39,238 nucleotides of DNA from Verrucomicrobiia bacterium (GCA_040376335.1 JBEIQV010000001.1:1-39238); one strand, 5' to 3'. Shown: positions 1-9,427, counted from the stretch's first letter. Notes: generated by a model from the letters alone, not told the origin. Program-made: numbers and translations.

Positions 1-59
1 GACGAGCAACGTGCGACATTTCGGAAAGCGGCGCAGGTGCAGTATGAGGCTTTTGTAAA

Positions 60-821
60 ATGAAACGCCGCTCTGCGCTCGCCGCATTTTTCACCGTTCT
101 GATACTCGCGTGCAGCGCGACTGGCGGTCTGGCGGCGGAATCGGATGCGCTCAGCGAAGAGACTCGGGCGCAGATGCGTGCCGAATTTTCTCAGCAAATC
201 GCTGCCGCCGATGCGGCGCTGGAGAAGGACCCGCAACTCGTGCAGGCATATTCTGCACGCGGCGATGCGCGGCTTTTCCTCGGCGATTTTCGCGGTGCGG
301 TCGCGGATTTCGAGAAAATGATCGCACTCGATCCAAAGCAGGATGCGCCGCATTGGCGGCTGGGCATCGCCTATTATTTCATCGGTAATTTTTCCAAATC
401 GGCGCGGCAGTTTGAAAAATACCACGCCTATGACGGGCGCGACCGGGAAAACGGGATCTGGAAATTTCTCGCGCAGGCCAAGGCGGATGGAATCGCCAAA
501 GCACGGACCGAAATGCTCGCCTACACGCGCTTCGACCGGGAACCGTTTCCATCGCTTTACGAAATGTTCGCCGGGAAAAAATCGCCGGACGATGTGCTCG
601 TGGAGGTCGAGAAGAAGGGCCTGACGACGCAGGCTGAGGTGGTATTTTTTGCAAACTACTATGCCGGACTTGAAGAGGATCTGCTCGGAAATCGCGCACG
701 GGCGATGGAGCTTTTAGCAAAGGCCGTGGCGAGTCCGGCGGGGCGCGATGCACGTGGCGGCGCTGGCTATATGTGGCAGGTCGCGCGTCTTCATTGGGAG
801 AGGCTTCGATCCGGAAAATAA
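60..821 (+). CDS. TPR-repeat lipoprotein, function unknown
   Basis: 253-aa ORF. Signal peptide with a lipobox-like LILAC. TPR-like helical repeats (AYSARGDARLFLGDFRGAVADFEKMIALDP; HWRLGIAYYFIGNFSKSARQFEKY). Confidence 0.7.
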   Translation: MKRRSALAAFFTVLILACSATGGLAAESDALSEETRAQMRAEFSQQIAAADAALEKDPQLVQAYSARGDARLFLGDFRGAVADFEKMIALDPKQDAPHWRLGIAYYFIGNFSKSARQFEKYHAYDGRDRENGIWKFLAQAKADGIAKARTEMLAYTRFDREPFPSLYEMFAGKKSPDDVLVEVEKKGLTTQAEVVFFANYYAGLEEDLLGNRARAMELLAKAVASPAGRDARGGAGYMWQVARLHWERLRSGK

Positions 822-916
822 TCGGGCTCTGCCTGAAAGCGGTGCTGTTTTCACAACCGCTTACGCACTCATGCTGGCCATTGACTTCTGATTATAACCG
901 CCATTATGGTGCGCTT

Positions 917-1957
917 GTGAAAAGTTTCACAAAGCTCGAAACACCGACTCCCGCAACTGCCGGAGTAGATAAAACCGCCGCACTCAAACAGACCTTCGAG
1001 CTGATCAACTCCCAGCTTTATGCCGTTGAGGAGCGCATCCGTGCTCAGGCGCGTGTGTTTGATCCGGCGGTCGAGGGCTATGTCGCCTACGCCATCGAGA
1101 GCAACGGCAAGCGACTTCGCCCGGCGCTCGCACTTTTGGCTGGCGGCGCGACTGGTGCAATTGGCACCGAACACCTCGACCTCGCAGTTGTCGTGGAACT
1201 CATCCACGCCGCTACGCTCGTCCATGATGACATCCTCGACGGCGCGGACACGCGACGCGGTCAGCCAACTGCAAACGCCAAATGGGGCAACGCCCTCAGC
1301 GTGCTGCTCGGCGACTGCCTCTTTGCCCATGCGCTCAAGCTCGCGAGCGGATTCCGCAGCCCCGAGATGTCGCGCCGCATTGCTGAGGCGGCCAGCGAAG
1401 TTTGCAGCGGTGAAATCATCCAGACGCAGCGTCGTTTCGATCTGAAACTCTCGGTGCCGGACTACTACCGGATCATCGAGATGAAAACCGGCGCACTGTT
1501 CGCCGTCGCGACGGAACTCGGAGCATTCCTCAATGAGGCCGCGCCCGCCGTCATCAGCGCACTCCGCACATTTGGAATGCGCCTCGGCACAGCCTACCAA
1601 ATTTTCGACGACGTGCTCGATCTCGCCGGCGACGAAACCAAGGCGGGAAAGACGCTCGGCACCGATTTACGAAAAGGGAAACTCACACTGCCCGTCCTTT
1701 ACCTCCTGCAAAACAGCGAACCGACCGAACGCGAAGTCATCTGCAACGTCATCCTTAGCGGGACGGACGAAGAAGTCACCGCTCTGGCGCGTCGCGCCAT
1801 CCAGACAGGCGCGCTGAAAAGCGCCGTCGCCACAGGCCGCCGCATGGTTCAAGAGGCGCAGGCCCAGCTCGAAATCGTCCCAGCCGGGCGGCATCGCGAC
1901 GCGCTCACAGGGCTCGTCAATACGCTCGACGCGATGTTCGGGCAGTATGCTTCGTAG
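917..1957 (+). CDS. ispB: Long-chain polyprenyl diphosphate synthase (IspB/octaprenyl-type)
   Basis: ORF-track frame 773-1957. Both Asp-rich motifs are present (LVHDDILDGADTRRG and IFDDVLDL), plus KRLRP and GKTLGTDLRKGK. The 773 start overlaps the upstream gene, so the in-frame GTG at 917 is preferred. The start remains uncertain. Confidence 0.88.
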   Translation: MKSFTKLETPTPATAGVDKTAALKQTFELINSQLYAVEERIRAQARVFDPAVEGYVAYAIESNGKRLRPALALLAGGATGAIGTEHLDLAVVVELIHAATLVHDDILDGADTRRGQPTANAKWGNALSVLLGDCLFAHALKLASGFRSPEMSRRIAEAASEVCSGEIIQTQRRFDLKLSVPDYYRIIEMKTGALFAVATELGAFLNEAAPAVISALRTFGMRLGTAYQIFDDVLDLAGDETKAGKTLGTDLRKGKLTLPVLYLLQNSEPTEREVICNVILSGTDEEVTALARRAIQTGALKSAVATGRRMVQEAQAQLEIVPAGRHRDALTGLVNTLDAMFGQYAS

Positions 1958-2026
1958 GTCGTCTGGCGCTTCATAGTTTGACTCTATCACGGCCTTGCAC
2001 TTGTTTGATCACAAGTCCTGCCCGTC

Positions 2027-2659
2027 ATGAAGCACACCATACTTTTCCTGCTCCTGCTTTGCACCGCCACTTTTGCAGTCGAGCGCCCCAAAGGATTTCT
2101 CGGCATTAATTGGGGTGCTTCACCCGAGGAGGCAAAGCGTGTGATGCAGGCAAGGCAGGGCGTGAAATTTTCCGAGGAAGCGGATGATTATAAATTTGAA
2201 ATCACAGGAGGGACTTTCGCAGGGCAGCCGGTGGCAAAATGGATCCTCGAATTTCCCAGCCGTCAATTTACCTCCGCCACGGTGATCCTGAAAAACGAAG
2301 GCAGCGCCTCGACGCTCTACAAAGACTTTCGCACACAATTTGCCGCGAAATACGGCCCGGCCACCACGGACAAAAAACTCACCGCCAAGTCGAACAACCG
2401 ACAAATGAACAACCCCGGTGCTGTGGAAGTGAAGCCTCAACTCGGCGGCATCGCCATTTGGAAATTCGGGCCGAACTTGAAGGAGAAAAGCAACATCACC
2501 ATCTCCTGCCAGCTCGCTGACGCGAAAGGCGGCCCAGCCATGAACGACGAACAACTCGTTCTGACGATTCACTACGAAAAAAATACAGGCACAGATGCGA
2601 AGGATGCGTCTGGAGGAACCAAGTCGTCGCAGAACACTGTGAAAAAGGAAGACCTGTAA
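2027..2659 (+). CDS. Secreted protein or lipoprotein, hypothetical
   Basis: 210-aa ORF with N-terminal signal peptide MKHTILFLLLLCTATFAV (possible lipobox LLLC). No recognisable catalytic motif. Confidence 0.6.
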   Translation: MKHTILFLLLLCTATFAVERPKGFLGINWGASPEEAKRVMQARQGVKFSEEADDYKFEITGGTFAGQPVAKWILEFPSRQFTSATVILKNEGSASTLYKDFRTQFAAKYGPATTDKKLTAKSNNRQMNNPGAVEVKPQLGGIAIWKFGPNLKEKSNITISCQLADAKGGPAMNDEQLVLTIHYEKNTGTDAKDASGGTKSSQNTVKKEDL

Positions 2660-2683
2660 GCCGGACAATAATTTCACCGCAGT

Positions 2684-3379
2684 ATGAGCGCCCCCAAAAT
2701 CCGCGAACTCCCAGAACAGGAACGCCCCCGCGAAAAACTCACCAACCTCGGCGCAAACGCTCTGAGCGACAGTGAACTCATCGCCATCCTCCTTCGCACC
2801 GGACTCCCCGGCGCAAATGCCGTGGACGTCGCACGGCAGATCCTCATGCGATTCGGCAGCCTCGGCCAGCTCGCCCGTGCGAGCGTCACCGAACTTGCGG
2901 AAATCAAAGGCGTCGGCCCGGCGAAAGCCGTGCAACTCGCAGCAGCCTTCGGCCTCGCCACACGCCTCGCTCGCGAAACTCTCGCACGCACGCCGCTCGA
3001 CAAGCCACAGCTCGTTTATGATCTGCTCGGTGCTGAAATGCGCCAGCTCGGCAAGGAATCCCTCCGGGTCGTCCTGCTCGATACAAAACTCCACCTCCTC
3101 CGCGTCGAAGAAATTTCCCTCGGTTCGTTGAATGAATGCCTCGCTCACCCGCGCGAAATTCTCCGCCCGGCCATCCTCCACAGCGCCTACGCATTCATCC
3201 TCGCGCACAATCATCCCAGCGGCGATCCCTCCCCCAGCGAAGCCGACCGCCGGCTCACTCTCCGCATCGCCGAAGCCGCCCGTTTGCTCCAGCTTACTTT
3301 CTTCGATCACATCATTGTCGGCGCACCATCACTCGACCGCCCAGCTTACTTCAGCTTCCGCGAGGCGGGCATTCTTTGA
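2684..3379 (+). CDS. radC: RadC-family JAB/MPN-domain protein
   Basis: 231 aa. N-terminal HhH region (ELIAILLRTG, AELAEIKGVGPAKA) and the JAMM motif HNHPSGDPSPSEAD. Confidence 0.9.
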   Translation: MSAPKIRELPEQERPREKLTNLGANALSDSELIAILLRTGLPGANAVDVARQILMRFGSLGQLARASVTELAEIKGVGPAKAVQLAAAFGLATRLARETLARTPLDKPQLVYDLLGAEMRQLGKESLRVVLLDTKLHLLRVEEISLGSLNECLAHPREILRPAILHSAYAFILAHNHPSGDPSPSEADRRLTLRIAEAARLLQLTFFDHIIVGAPSLDRPAYFSFREAGIL

Positions 3380-3442
3380 ATGACGGATGACGAATGACGA
3401 ATTGCACAGGCGCACGTCATTCGTCATTCCTCATCTGTCATT
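3379..3442. repeat. Inverted array of RATGACG heptamers forming a 13-14 bp hairpin
   Basis: Three tandem forward heptamers AATGACG/GATGACG/AATGACG (3379-3399), then a 15-nt spacer. Four reverse heptamers follow: CGTCATT, CGTCATT, CCTCATC, TGTCATT (3415-3442). 3387-3399 is the perfect reverse complement of 3415-3427. The array lies between the radC stop (3379) and the lpxA start (3452). Confidence 0.8.
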
Positions 3443-3451
3443 CGCAATCCC

Positions 3452-4261
3452 ATGCTCCATCCCACCGCCATCATCCATCCGCAGGCCCAGCTTCACCCGA
3501 GTGTGAGCGTCGGGCCTTACGCCGTCATCGAGGGAGCCGCTGTCATCGGCGAAGGATGCACAATTTCCGCCCACGCGATCATCGGTGGTCACGTCTTGAT
3601 GGGAAAAAACAACACCATCGGCCACGGCGCGATCATCGGTGGAGAACCGCAGGATTTTGCTTTTAAGCCCGAGGTGAAAAGCCGTGTCGTCATCGGCGAC
3701 GGCAACCGCATTCGCGAATACGTCACCATTCATCGCGGCACCACCGAGGGCAGCGAGACGGTCGTCGGCAATGGCTGCTTCCTCATGGCCGGGGCGCACC
3801 TCGCGCACAACGTCCATCTCGGCAACCACGTCATCCTCGCCAACAACGTCCTGCTCGCCGGCCACGTTCATGTCGGCCAGCGCGTATTCATCGGGGGCGG
3901 CAGTGTTTTTCATCAATTCGTCCGCGTCGGCGACTACGCCATCTGTCAGGGGCTTTCGGGCTTTGGAAAAGACGTGCCGCCCTACGTTCTCGCAGCGAAT
4001 ATCAACGGTGTCGCAGGGCTGAACGTCGTCGGACTCCGCCGCAACGGCTTCACCGCCCCGCAGCGCGCAGAAATCAAACGCGCATTCGACCTCCTCTACC
4101 GCTCCGGAAAAAACACCACACAAGCCCTCATCGCTTCACAAGAAGAAGAATGGACAAACGTGGGCCGCACATTCTGGGACTTCATCGCTGGCGCAAAAAA
4201 ACGCGGCCTCTGCGATCTCCTCGCGACCCGTCGCGGAGGTGAAAATAAAAGTGAAGAGTAG
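3452..4261 (+). CDS. lpxA: Acyl-ACP--UDP-N-acetylglucosamine O-acyltransferase
   Basis: 269 aa. N-terminal IHPTA-like start (MLHPTAIIHPQAQLHPSV), continuous hexapeptide left-handed beta-helix repeats, and a helical C-terminal domain typical of LpxA. Confidence 0.88.
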   Translation: MLHPTAIIHPQAQLHPSVSVGPYAVIEGAAVIGEGCTISAHAIIGGHVLMGKNNTIGHGAIIGGEPQDFAFKPEVKSRVVIGDGNRIREYVTIHRGTTEGSETVVGNGCFLMAGAHLAHNVHLGNHVILANNVLLAGHVHVGQRVFIGGGSVFHQFVRVGDYAICQGLSGFGKDVPPYVLAANINGVAGLNVVGLRRNGFTAPQRAEIKRAFDLLYRSGKNTTQALIASQEEEWTNVGRTFWDFIAGAKKRGLCDLLATRRGGENKSEE

Positions 4262-4368
4262 ATTCGCCCAGTAGCAGCCGACGCGCAGCCAAGACGTGCT
4301 TGGTGTTCGATGTGAAGTTCATATTGCATTCAGGAACTCCGCACTTAGGGTGAATCTGCATTCTGAAA

Positions 4369-4650
4369 ATGACACCTGCACTGCGAAGCATTCAACTGCG
4401 CCGATGGACGATGATTTTCACGTTCATTCTGCTCCAGTTCCTTGGTGTTTCTGATGCCTCAGCAGTGCAGTCTTACAATCCCAGAAAAGCGAATCTTGGC
4501 AGTTACAAGCTGAAGAACTCATCTTTGCTGAGCACGAAGCGACTCGAAGTAAGCAGGCCTAAACGTAAATTGCTTGAGCGATCCGAAGCGGTGCAACCTT
4601 ATCACCTAAAAAGTCGTCGGCAGAGTGCATCGCTCGTCAGACGCCGCTGA
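4369..4650 (+). CDS. Small basic secreted protein, hypothetical (may be non-coding)
   Basis: 93-aa ORF in a visibly lower-GC convergent gap. Possible signal peptide MIFTFILLQFLGVSDASA and a Lys/Arg-rich tail. No homology recognised. Confidence 0.25.
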   Translation: MTPALRSIQLRRWTMIFTFILLQFLGVSDASAVQSYNPRKANLGSYKLKNSSLLSTKRLEVSRPKRKLLERSEAVQPYHLKSRRQSASLVRRR

Positions 4651-4686
4651 TTTTTAGCGCGTATTGCGTGGGCTCCCCGAATTCGA

Positions 4687-5928
4687 TTAGAATGCGATCA
4701 CGCGCTGGGCGCGTTTTGCCATCATGCGCAACAAAAGCAGCCATAGCGCTAGGCCCAATGGGAGGACTGCTGGCAACGCGATGAGTTTCTCCTTAAAAAT
4801 GTAGACCGCAGTGGCGAGATAAGCGGCCTCTGTGAGGACGACAATTAAAGCCATGTGCGTCGCTTTTCCGCGCGTGAGCCATGGAGAAACCGAGGCGACT
4901 ACGAGAACAAGCAGCCAGTCGAACCATTCGCCGACGCGGTGCGGATGTGCGTTAGATTGTATGGTTGCGAGGGCTGCTGCGGTAAATTCGCCGGATGAGA
5001 TCTTTTCCCCCACGGGTGTGATGATTGTGCGGGCTGATGGGTCGGTGCGCGCGAGGTAGAGAAGTTTAGTTTTGAAATAATCCGGAGGACTGGCGGTGGC
5101 CTCACCTTTATCTGTCTGCTCGCGTGTGAGCACGAGGTTGTCGAAAGTTGATCGTGTAAATGGCACTCCGAAATTCACGAGCATCCGGCCTGCGTCATCA
5201 ATCGGCACACGAACGCGTGGGCCAATGGAAATATGGGAACCCAGGACGACTGCAATTTCATCAAGCGTGACTTTTTCCCACAGCATCGCAAGTTGTAGCG
5301 CCATGGATGGGACTGGCTGTCCGCGATAGCGGAAAATAAGCGGGCATTTCCCCCGTGGGCCGGGAATTTCTGGGAGATTTACCCAGCCGGGCTGTGTGGA
5401 AAGCCGGTAGTTCTCCTCGGCCCATGCCTCGACGGCGACAAACTCGGGCACCCGGCGCAGGTCGCCGCGCACATGGTGGAGCACTGGCATGGGCTGAATG
5501 GCCTGAACGGAATCAGACTCCTGCGACCAGCCGAGACGCCCGCCTAGGACTAGCTTTGGAGCGCGGAGGATTCCGTCGTGGAGCATCCGCTCTTGCACCT
5601 CATCGCGGTCGCCACCCGCGAGCACTCCACGCTCAAAGGCGAGCACAGGCTCTATGCCAACAACAGATGGCTCGAACGGCAGCGCGGCATTAAAAAACAG
5701 GGCGAAGTCCTCCACAGCCCAGGGCCACGAATGTTTGGTGAGTGTATCGTCGTTGATTTCCACAAGCGTCACCGATGATGTGGCGCCGTTGTTGCCGAGG
5801 CGCTGTGCCAGCACGCCGCTCCACGCTTCCTCCGCCTGCACGAGCATCCCGATTGCCGCCTCGCGAATCAGCGAAGCGCCGGCAATCAGGATAAGAAGCG
5901 GGAAAAGCAGCACGCCACGGCGGAGCAT
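4687..5928 (-). CDS. CHASE2 sensor-domain membrane protein without an output domain
   Basis: 413 aa. N-terminal TM helix, then a CHASE2-like start (VTLVEINDDTLTKHSWPWAVEDFALFFNAALPFEPSVVGIEPVLAFE). C-terminal TM helices (WLLVLVVASVSPWL, LIVVLTEAAYLATAVYIF, LPAVLPLGLALWLLLL). The protein ends right after the last helix. Confidence 0.7.
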   Translation of the reverse strand: MLRRGVLLFPLLILIAGASLIREAAIGMLVQAEEAWSGVLAQRLGNNGATSSVTLVEINDDTLTKHSWPWAVEDFALFFNAALPFEPSVVGIEPVLAFERGVLAGGDRDEVQERMLHDGILRAPKLVLGGRLGWSQESDSVQAIQPMPVLHHVRGDLRRVPEFVAVEAWAEENYRLSTQPGWVNLPEIPGPRGKCPLIFRYRGQPVPSMALQLAMLWEKVTLDEIAVVLGSHISIGPRVRVPIDDAGRMLVNFGVPFTRSTFDNLVLTREQTDKGEATASPPDYFKTKLLYLARTDPSARTIITPVGEKISSGEFTAAALATIQSNAHPHRVGEWFDWLLVLVVASVSPWLTRGKATHMALIVVLTEAAYLATAVYIFKEKLIALPAVLPLGLALWLLLLRMMAKRAQRVIAF

Positions 5929-6074
5929 TATCGTGGAGGTTGCGGGAATGTGAGCGGTGCTGGAAAGGAGAAAGACGGGCCGTGCGAATGACTTTGAGCC
6001 TTTTCCGCACAGTTCGTCGCGACTAAGACCTAACAGTCGCTTGTATTACTCCCTAAGTCATCATCTCTCCGCCC

Positions 6075-8441
6075 ATGAAAACTAAAGCCACTTTCGCAGC
6101 GATCATTTTTGTTGTCGCTGTTGCGCGTGCGGGGTCGCCCAGCGTGACCTCCATGGTGCCTGCGGCTGCGCAGCGAGGAACGGAAATTGAAGTCGTTGTC
6201 AAAGGCGCAAGGCTCGATGACGCACGCACGCTGTTGTTTGACCAGCCTGGGATCGAAGTCGTCGGCATGAGTGCAGCGGAAAAGGAAAAGTTCACCGCAA
6301 AACTCAAAGTCGCTCACGGTGCGCGTATTGGCGAATATGCATTTCGTGCAGTGACCGCCTCCGGCATCTCGGATGTGCGTCTTTTCTATGTGACGCCCTA
6401 TCCTTTGCTGAAGGAGACGGATGAGGAAAAAGGAGACTCCGGCAAGACGCAGAGTGTTCCATTGGGCGTGACGGTTTACGGCAATGCGCCGGGCGAGGAT
6501 CAGGACCGTTACGAGGTGGATCTCAAAAAAGGACAACGGCTCAGTGCGGAGGTGGTTGGTGTGCGACTCTCGTCTTCGCAGCAGCAGATTTTTGATCCGC
6601 ATTTGAGCATCGCCAAGCCGGACGGCACGGGGCTCGTAACGATGGACGACTGTTCTTTCACGCAGCAGGATCCCGCTGTCAGCGTGATTGCTCCCGAGGA
6701 TGGAAAATATCGGGTCACACTGCGCGAGGCGACGAACGGCACGCAGGGTTCGAGCAATTACCTCCTGCACATCGGTAGTCATCCGCGCCCGATGGTCGCA
6801 TTTCCCGCCGGAGGGCAGGCGGGCACGGCATTGAAAGTGTTGATGCTCGGCGACGCTGGCGGAACATTTGAGCAGACGGTGACGCTGCCCGCCGCACCCG
6901 ATTCGCGCTACGAATTGCTCGCGCAAAAGGACGGGATCACTGCGCCGCAGCCGAATTTTCTGCGCGTCGTAGATTTCCCAAATGTGCTCGAAGCTGCTGA
7001 GCCTAACAACGACATCACTACGGCCACGGTTGCGACGGGGTCGCTGCCTCTGGCTTTTAACGGAATCATCCAGACGAAGGAAGACGTGGATTTTTTTAAG
7101 TTCAGCGCGAAGAAGGGGCAGATGTTTGATTTCACCAGCCACTCGCGAGAGATGCGCTCGCCGATTGATACGGTCATCAACATCCAAAATTCCAAAGGCG
7201 CAAATGTCGGCGGTAATGATGATCAAGGCGGGCCAGACAGTTACCTTCGCTGGACTGCCCCCGAGGACGGAGATTTTTTCCTCACCGTGCGGGATCATCT
7301 CAAGCGCGGCGGGCCGCTTTTCATCTATCGAATCGAAGCGCAGACCGTGCAGCAAAAGCTGCTCAGCTACATCCCCGAGACGGTGCAGAACAGTTCGCAA
7401 GAGCGCCGCGCAGTGCCGGTGCCGAAGGGAAATCGCTACGCCACACTTCTGCGCGTGAAGCGTGTGGATGTCGGCGGCGATGTGATCATCGAACCGAAAG
7501 ACCTGCCCCCCGGCGTTACTGCAAGCACGGTCAAAATGGACAAGTCGGTGGACGCAGTGCCTGTCGTCTTCGCTGCCAATACCGATGCACAGCTAACACA
7601 AGCGACGTTTGAGCTTTTGCCAAAACTTGCTGCACCGACCGATAGCGCGAAGGTTGTCTCCAAGGTCGAGCACCGCGTCGAGGTCGCGGAGAATGGCAAC
7701 CAGCGCGCATACTACGGAATCACCGAGAACACACTGGCCATTGCGGTGACAGATGAGGTGCCAGTCACGCTCAGCGTCACGCAACCAAAAGCGCCTGTCT
7801 TTCAAAATGGTTCGATGAATTTGAAAGTCATCGCCGAGCGCAAGAACGACGCGGAAGGCAAGCCGCTCTACAAAGGCCCGATACAAATCCAGCTACTCTA
7901 CGCACCGACCGGCATCGGCACACCGGGTATTGTCACCATTCCCGAAGGGCAAAACGAAGGCACTATCACTCTCAGCGCGAATGGCACCGCCGCTGCCGCG
8001 AAGTGGAAAACCTGCGTCATCGGCAGCACAGCCATGAGCAAAGGCACGGTTTGGATCAGCAGTGAGCTTTTTGATCTCGAAGTCGCTGCGCCATTCGTCA
8101 CCGGCACGCTTGTGCGCACGAATGTGGAGCAAAACAGCACAGGGAGCATGACGCTGAAGCTCGATCAAAAAGTCGCGTTCGATGGTAAGGCGAAAGTCGC
8201 CCTCGTCGGCCTGCCTCAAGGCATCAGCGCCGATGAACACGAGATTACCAAGGACGACAAGGAGGTGAAATTTACAGTCACAGCGGATGCGAAGGCACAA
8301 ATTGGCCAGCACAAGACGCTCTTCGCCTCTTTTACCTTATTGCGTGATGGAGAGCCGATGAGCAGCACCATTGCCAGCGGCGGAATTCTGCGCGTAGAAA
8401 AACCCACCTCAGCGGCGAAAATTACTGACGTTAAAAAATAA
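6075..8441 (+). CDS. Secreted protein with pre-peptidase C-terminal (PPC)-like domains
   Basis: 788 aa. Signal peptide MKTKATFAAIIFVVAVARAGS. Two PPC-type segments (GEDQDRYEVDLKKGQRLSAEV; EPNNDITTATVATGSLPLAFNGIIQTKEDVDFFKFSAKKGQMFDF...GGNDDQGGPDSYL). The C-terminal half is beta-rich. Confidence 0.75.
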   Translation: MKTKATFAAIIFVVAVARAGSPSVTSMVPAAAQRGTEIEVVVKGARLDDARTLLFDQPGIEVVGMSAAEKEKFTAKLKVAHGARIGEYAFRAVTASGISDVRLFYVTPYPLLKETDEEKGDSGKTQSVPLGVTVYGNAPGEDQDRYEVDLKKGQRLSAEVVGVRLSSSQQQIFDPHLSIAKPDGTGLVTMDDCSFTQQDPAVSVIAPEDGKYRVTLREATNGTQGSSNYLLHIGSHPRPMVAFPAGGQAGTALKVLMLGDAGGTFEQTVTLPAAPDSRYELLAQKDGITAPQPNFLRVVDFPNVLEAAEPNNDITTATVATGSLPLAFNGIIQTKEDVDFFKFSAKKGQMFDFTSHSREMRSPIDTVINIQNSKGANVGGNDDQGGPDSYLRWTAPEDGDFFLTVRDHLKRGGPLFIYRIEAQTVQQKLLSYIPETVQNSSQERRAVPVPKGNRYATLLRVKRVDVGGDVIIEPKDLPPGVTASTVKMDKSVDAVPVVFAANTDAQLTQATFELLPKLAAPTDSAKVVSKVEHRVEVAENGNQRAYYGITENTLAIAVTDEVPVTLSVTQPKAPVFQNGSMNLKVIAERKNDAEGKPLYKGPIQIQLLYAPTGIGTPGIVTIPEGQNEGTITLSANGTAAAAKWKTCVIGSTAMSKGTVWISSELFDLEVAAPFVTGTLVRTNVEQNSTGSMTLKLDQKVAFDGKAKVALVGLPQGISADEHEITKDDKEVKFTVTADAKAQIGQHKTLFASFTLLRDGEPMSSTIASGGILRVEKPTSAAKITDVKK

Positions 8442-8463
8442 CGGGGAGATTTTCTGGCTTCCG

Positions 8464-9240
8464 TTATTTCAATCCCCGGCGAAGAAGCTTGGACGTGCCG
8501 CTCACAGGATCGATCATCCAAGTCACAAAGTTTGCAGGTGCTAGTTGCGTAGGGTTTAAACCTGGCGTTTCGGTTTTATCTGTAATGTGGTGCAGTGTGA
8601 TAAACCACTTTCCGCCTGCAGTTGCCGTAGTGCCTGATCCGTTTGGTGCGAGGGAGGTAGTTCCATCGGGCATAAAGCGGAAGTAGACATAGTCGTAGTT
8701 CTTTTTTACCCCGCGAGGCAGTTCCGGGTCTTTCGGCAGCAACTTCGCGCTAAGAACGGCGCGCGATTTTTCGGGATTCGAAGGATTCGCGGCATTGGCA
8801 ATAAGTTCATCGCCCAGCAAGGAGGAAAGTGTTGTATCCTTATACGTGGCGGTATTTGATCCTACGTATCCTTTGTTCATCACGATCCCATCGGGCAGGC
8901 GTTTGAATTTTCCGGCGGGCAAAATATCGCCGGAGTCTGAAATCTCGAAAAATTGGAATGCACGGAATTGCCAAGATGTCGGGGAAGCCACGGTTTCGCC
9001 GGGTGTTTCAGGATCAGCAAAGCGATAAAAACGAAACTCCACGATGCGGCTCTTGGTGAGCGCGTGCTGGCGGGCAAGTGCGATCTCATCCGACAGCATA
9101 TTGGCCCCTGTATTCAAGCCTGAGCCCTTGAGCATACCCTTGACGGCGGGCACTGCAAAAGCGCCGATGATGCCGATGATGGCGATGACAACGAGCATTT
9201 CGACAAGCGAGAAGGCGGAGCGTTTAGTAGGTGAGTGCAT
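8464..9240 (-). CDS. Prepilin-type N-terminal cleavage/methylation domain protein (pseudopilin-like)
   Basis: 258 aa. Class III signal peptide KRSAFSLVEMLVVIAIIGIIGAFAVP. This architecture is common in Verrucomicrobia and Planctomycetes, possibly of the Verru_Chthon cassette type. Confidence 0.85.
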   Translation of the reverse strand: MHSPTKRSAFSLVEMLVVIAIIGIIGAFAVPAVKGMLKGSGLNTGANMLSDEIALARQHALTKSRIVEFRFYRFADPETPGETVASPTSWQFRAFQFFEISDSGDILPAGKFKRLPDGIVMNKGYVGSNTATYKDTTLSSLLGDELIANAANPSNPEKSRAVLSAKLLPKDPELPRGVKKNYDYVYFRFMPDGTTSLAPNGSGTTATAGGKWFITLHHITDKTETPGLNPTQLAPANFVTWMIDPVSGTSKLLRRGLK

Positions 9241-9427
9241 GGCGATTTTAAGGACTTGGGTTATGGGTGAAAAGTTGCGGGTTCTTTATTGGGTATCGAG
9301 ACGTGTGCCTAGGGATTGCATTTACTATGTAACTGCATTGATGCGCAGCAAATGATTTTTTGAAAGTGATTTTCTCGTTAGTATTTCGGCCTCGACACTG
9401 CGCGTCTATCGCAGAAAAGACGAGCGC

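Noticed and set aside
773-916. N-terminal extension of the polyprenyl synthase ORF
   Set aside because: It overlaps the upstream TPR gene by 49 nt and the extra residues look non-homologous. The in-frame GTG at 917 gives a normal-length enzyme.
1999-2016. ACTTGT-N6-ACAAGT inverted repeat upstream of the 2027 gene
   Set aside because: The stem is a short 6 bp with no U-tract and no supporting context. It could be an operator but cannot be distinguished from chance.
2120-3310. 396-aa minus-strand ORF spanning two plus-strand genes
   Set aside because: It is antisense to the signal-peptide protein and radC, both of which have clear motifs. Its translation is low-complexity with no motifs, so it is a GC-rich shadow ORF.
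6030-7400. 456-aa minus-strand ORF
   Set aside because: It is antisense to the 788-aa PPC-domain exoprotein, which has a signal peptide and domain motifs. The ORF itself is Arg-rich junk.
8442-8463. Possible hairpin AACGG...CCGTT between the convergent exoprotein and pseudopilin genes
   Set aside because: It has only 5 Watson-Crick pairs plus wobbles, a large loop and no U-tract, which is too weak to call a terminator.
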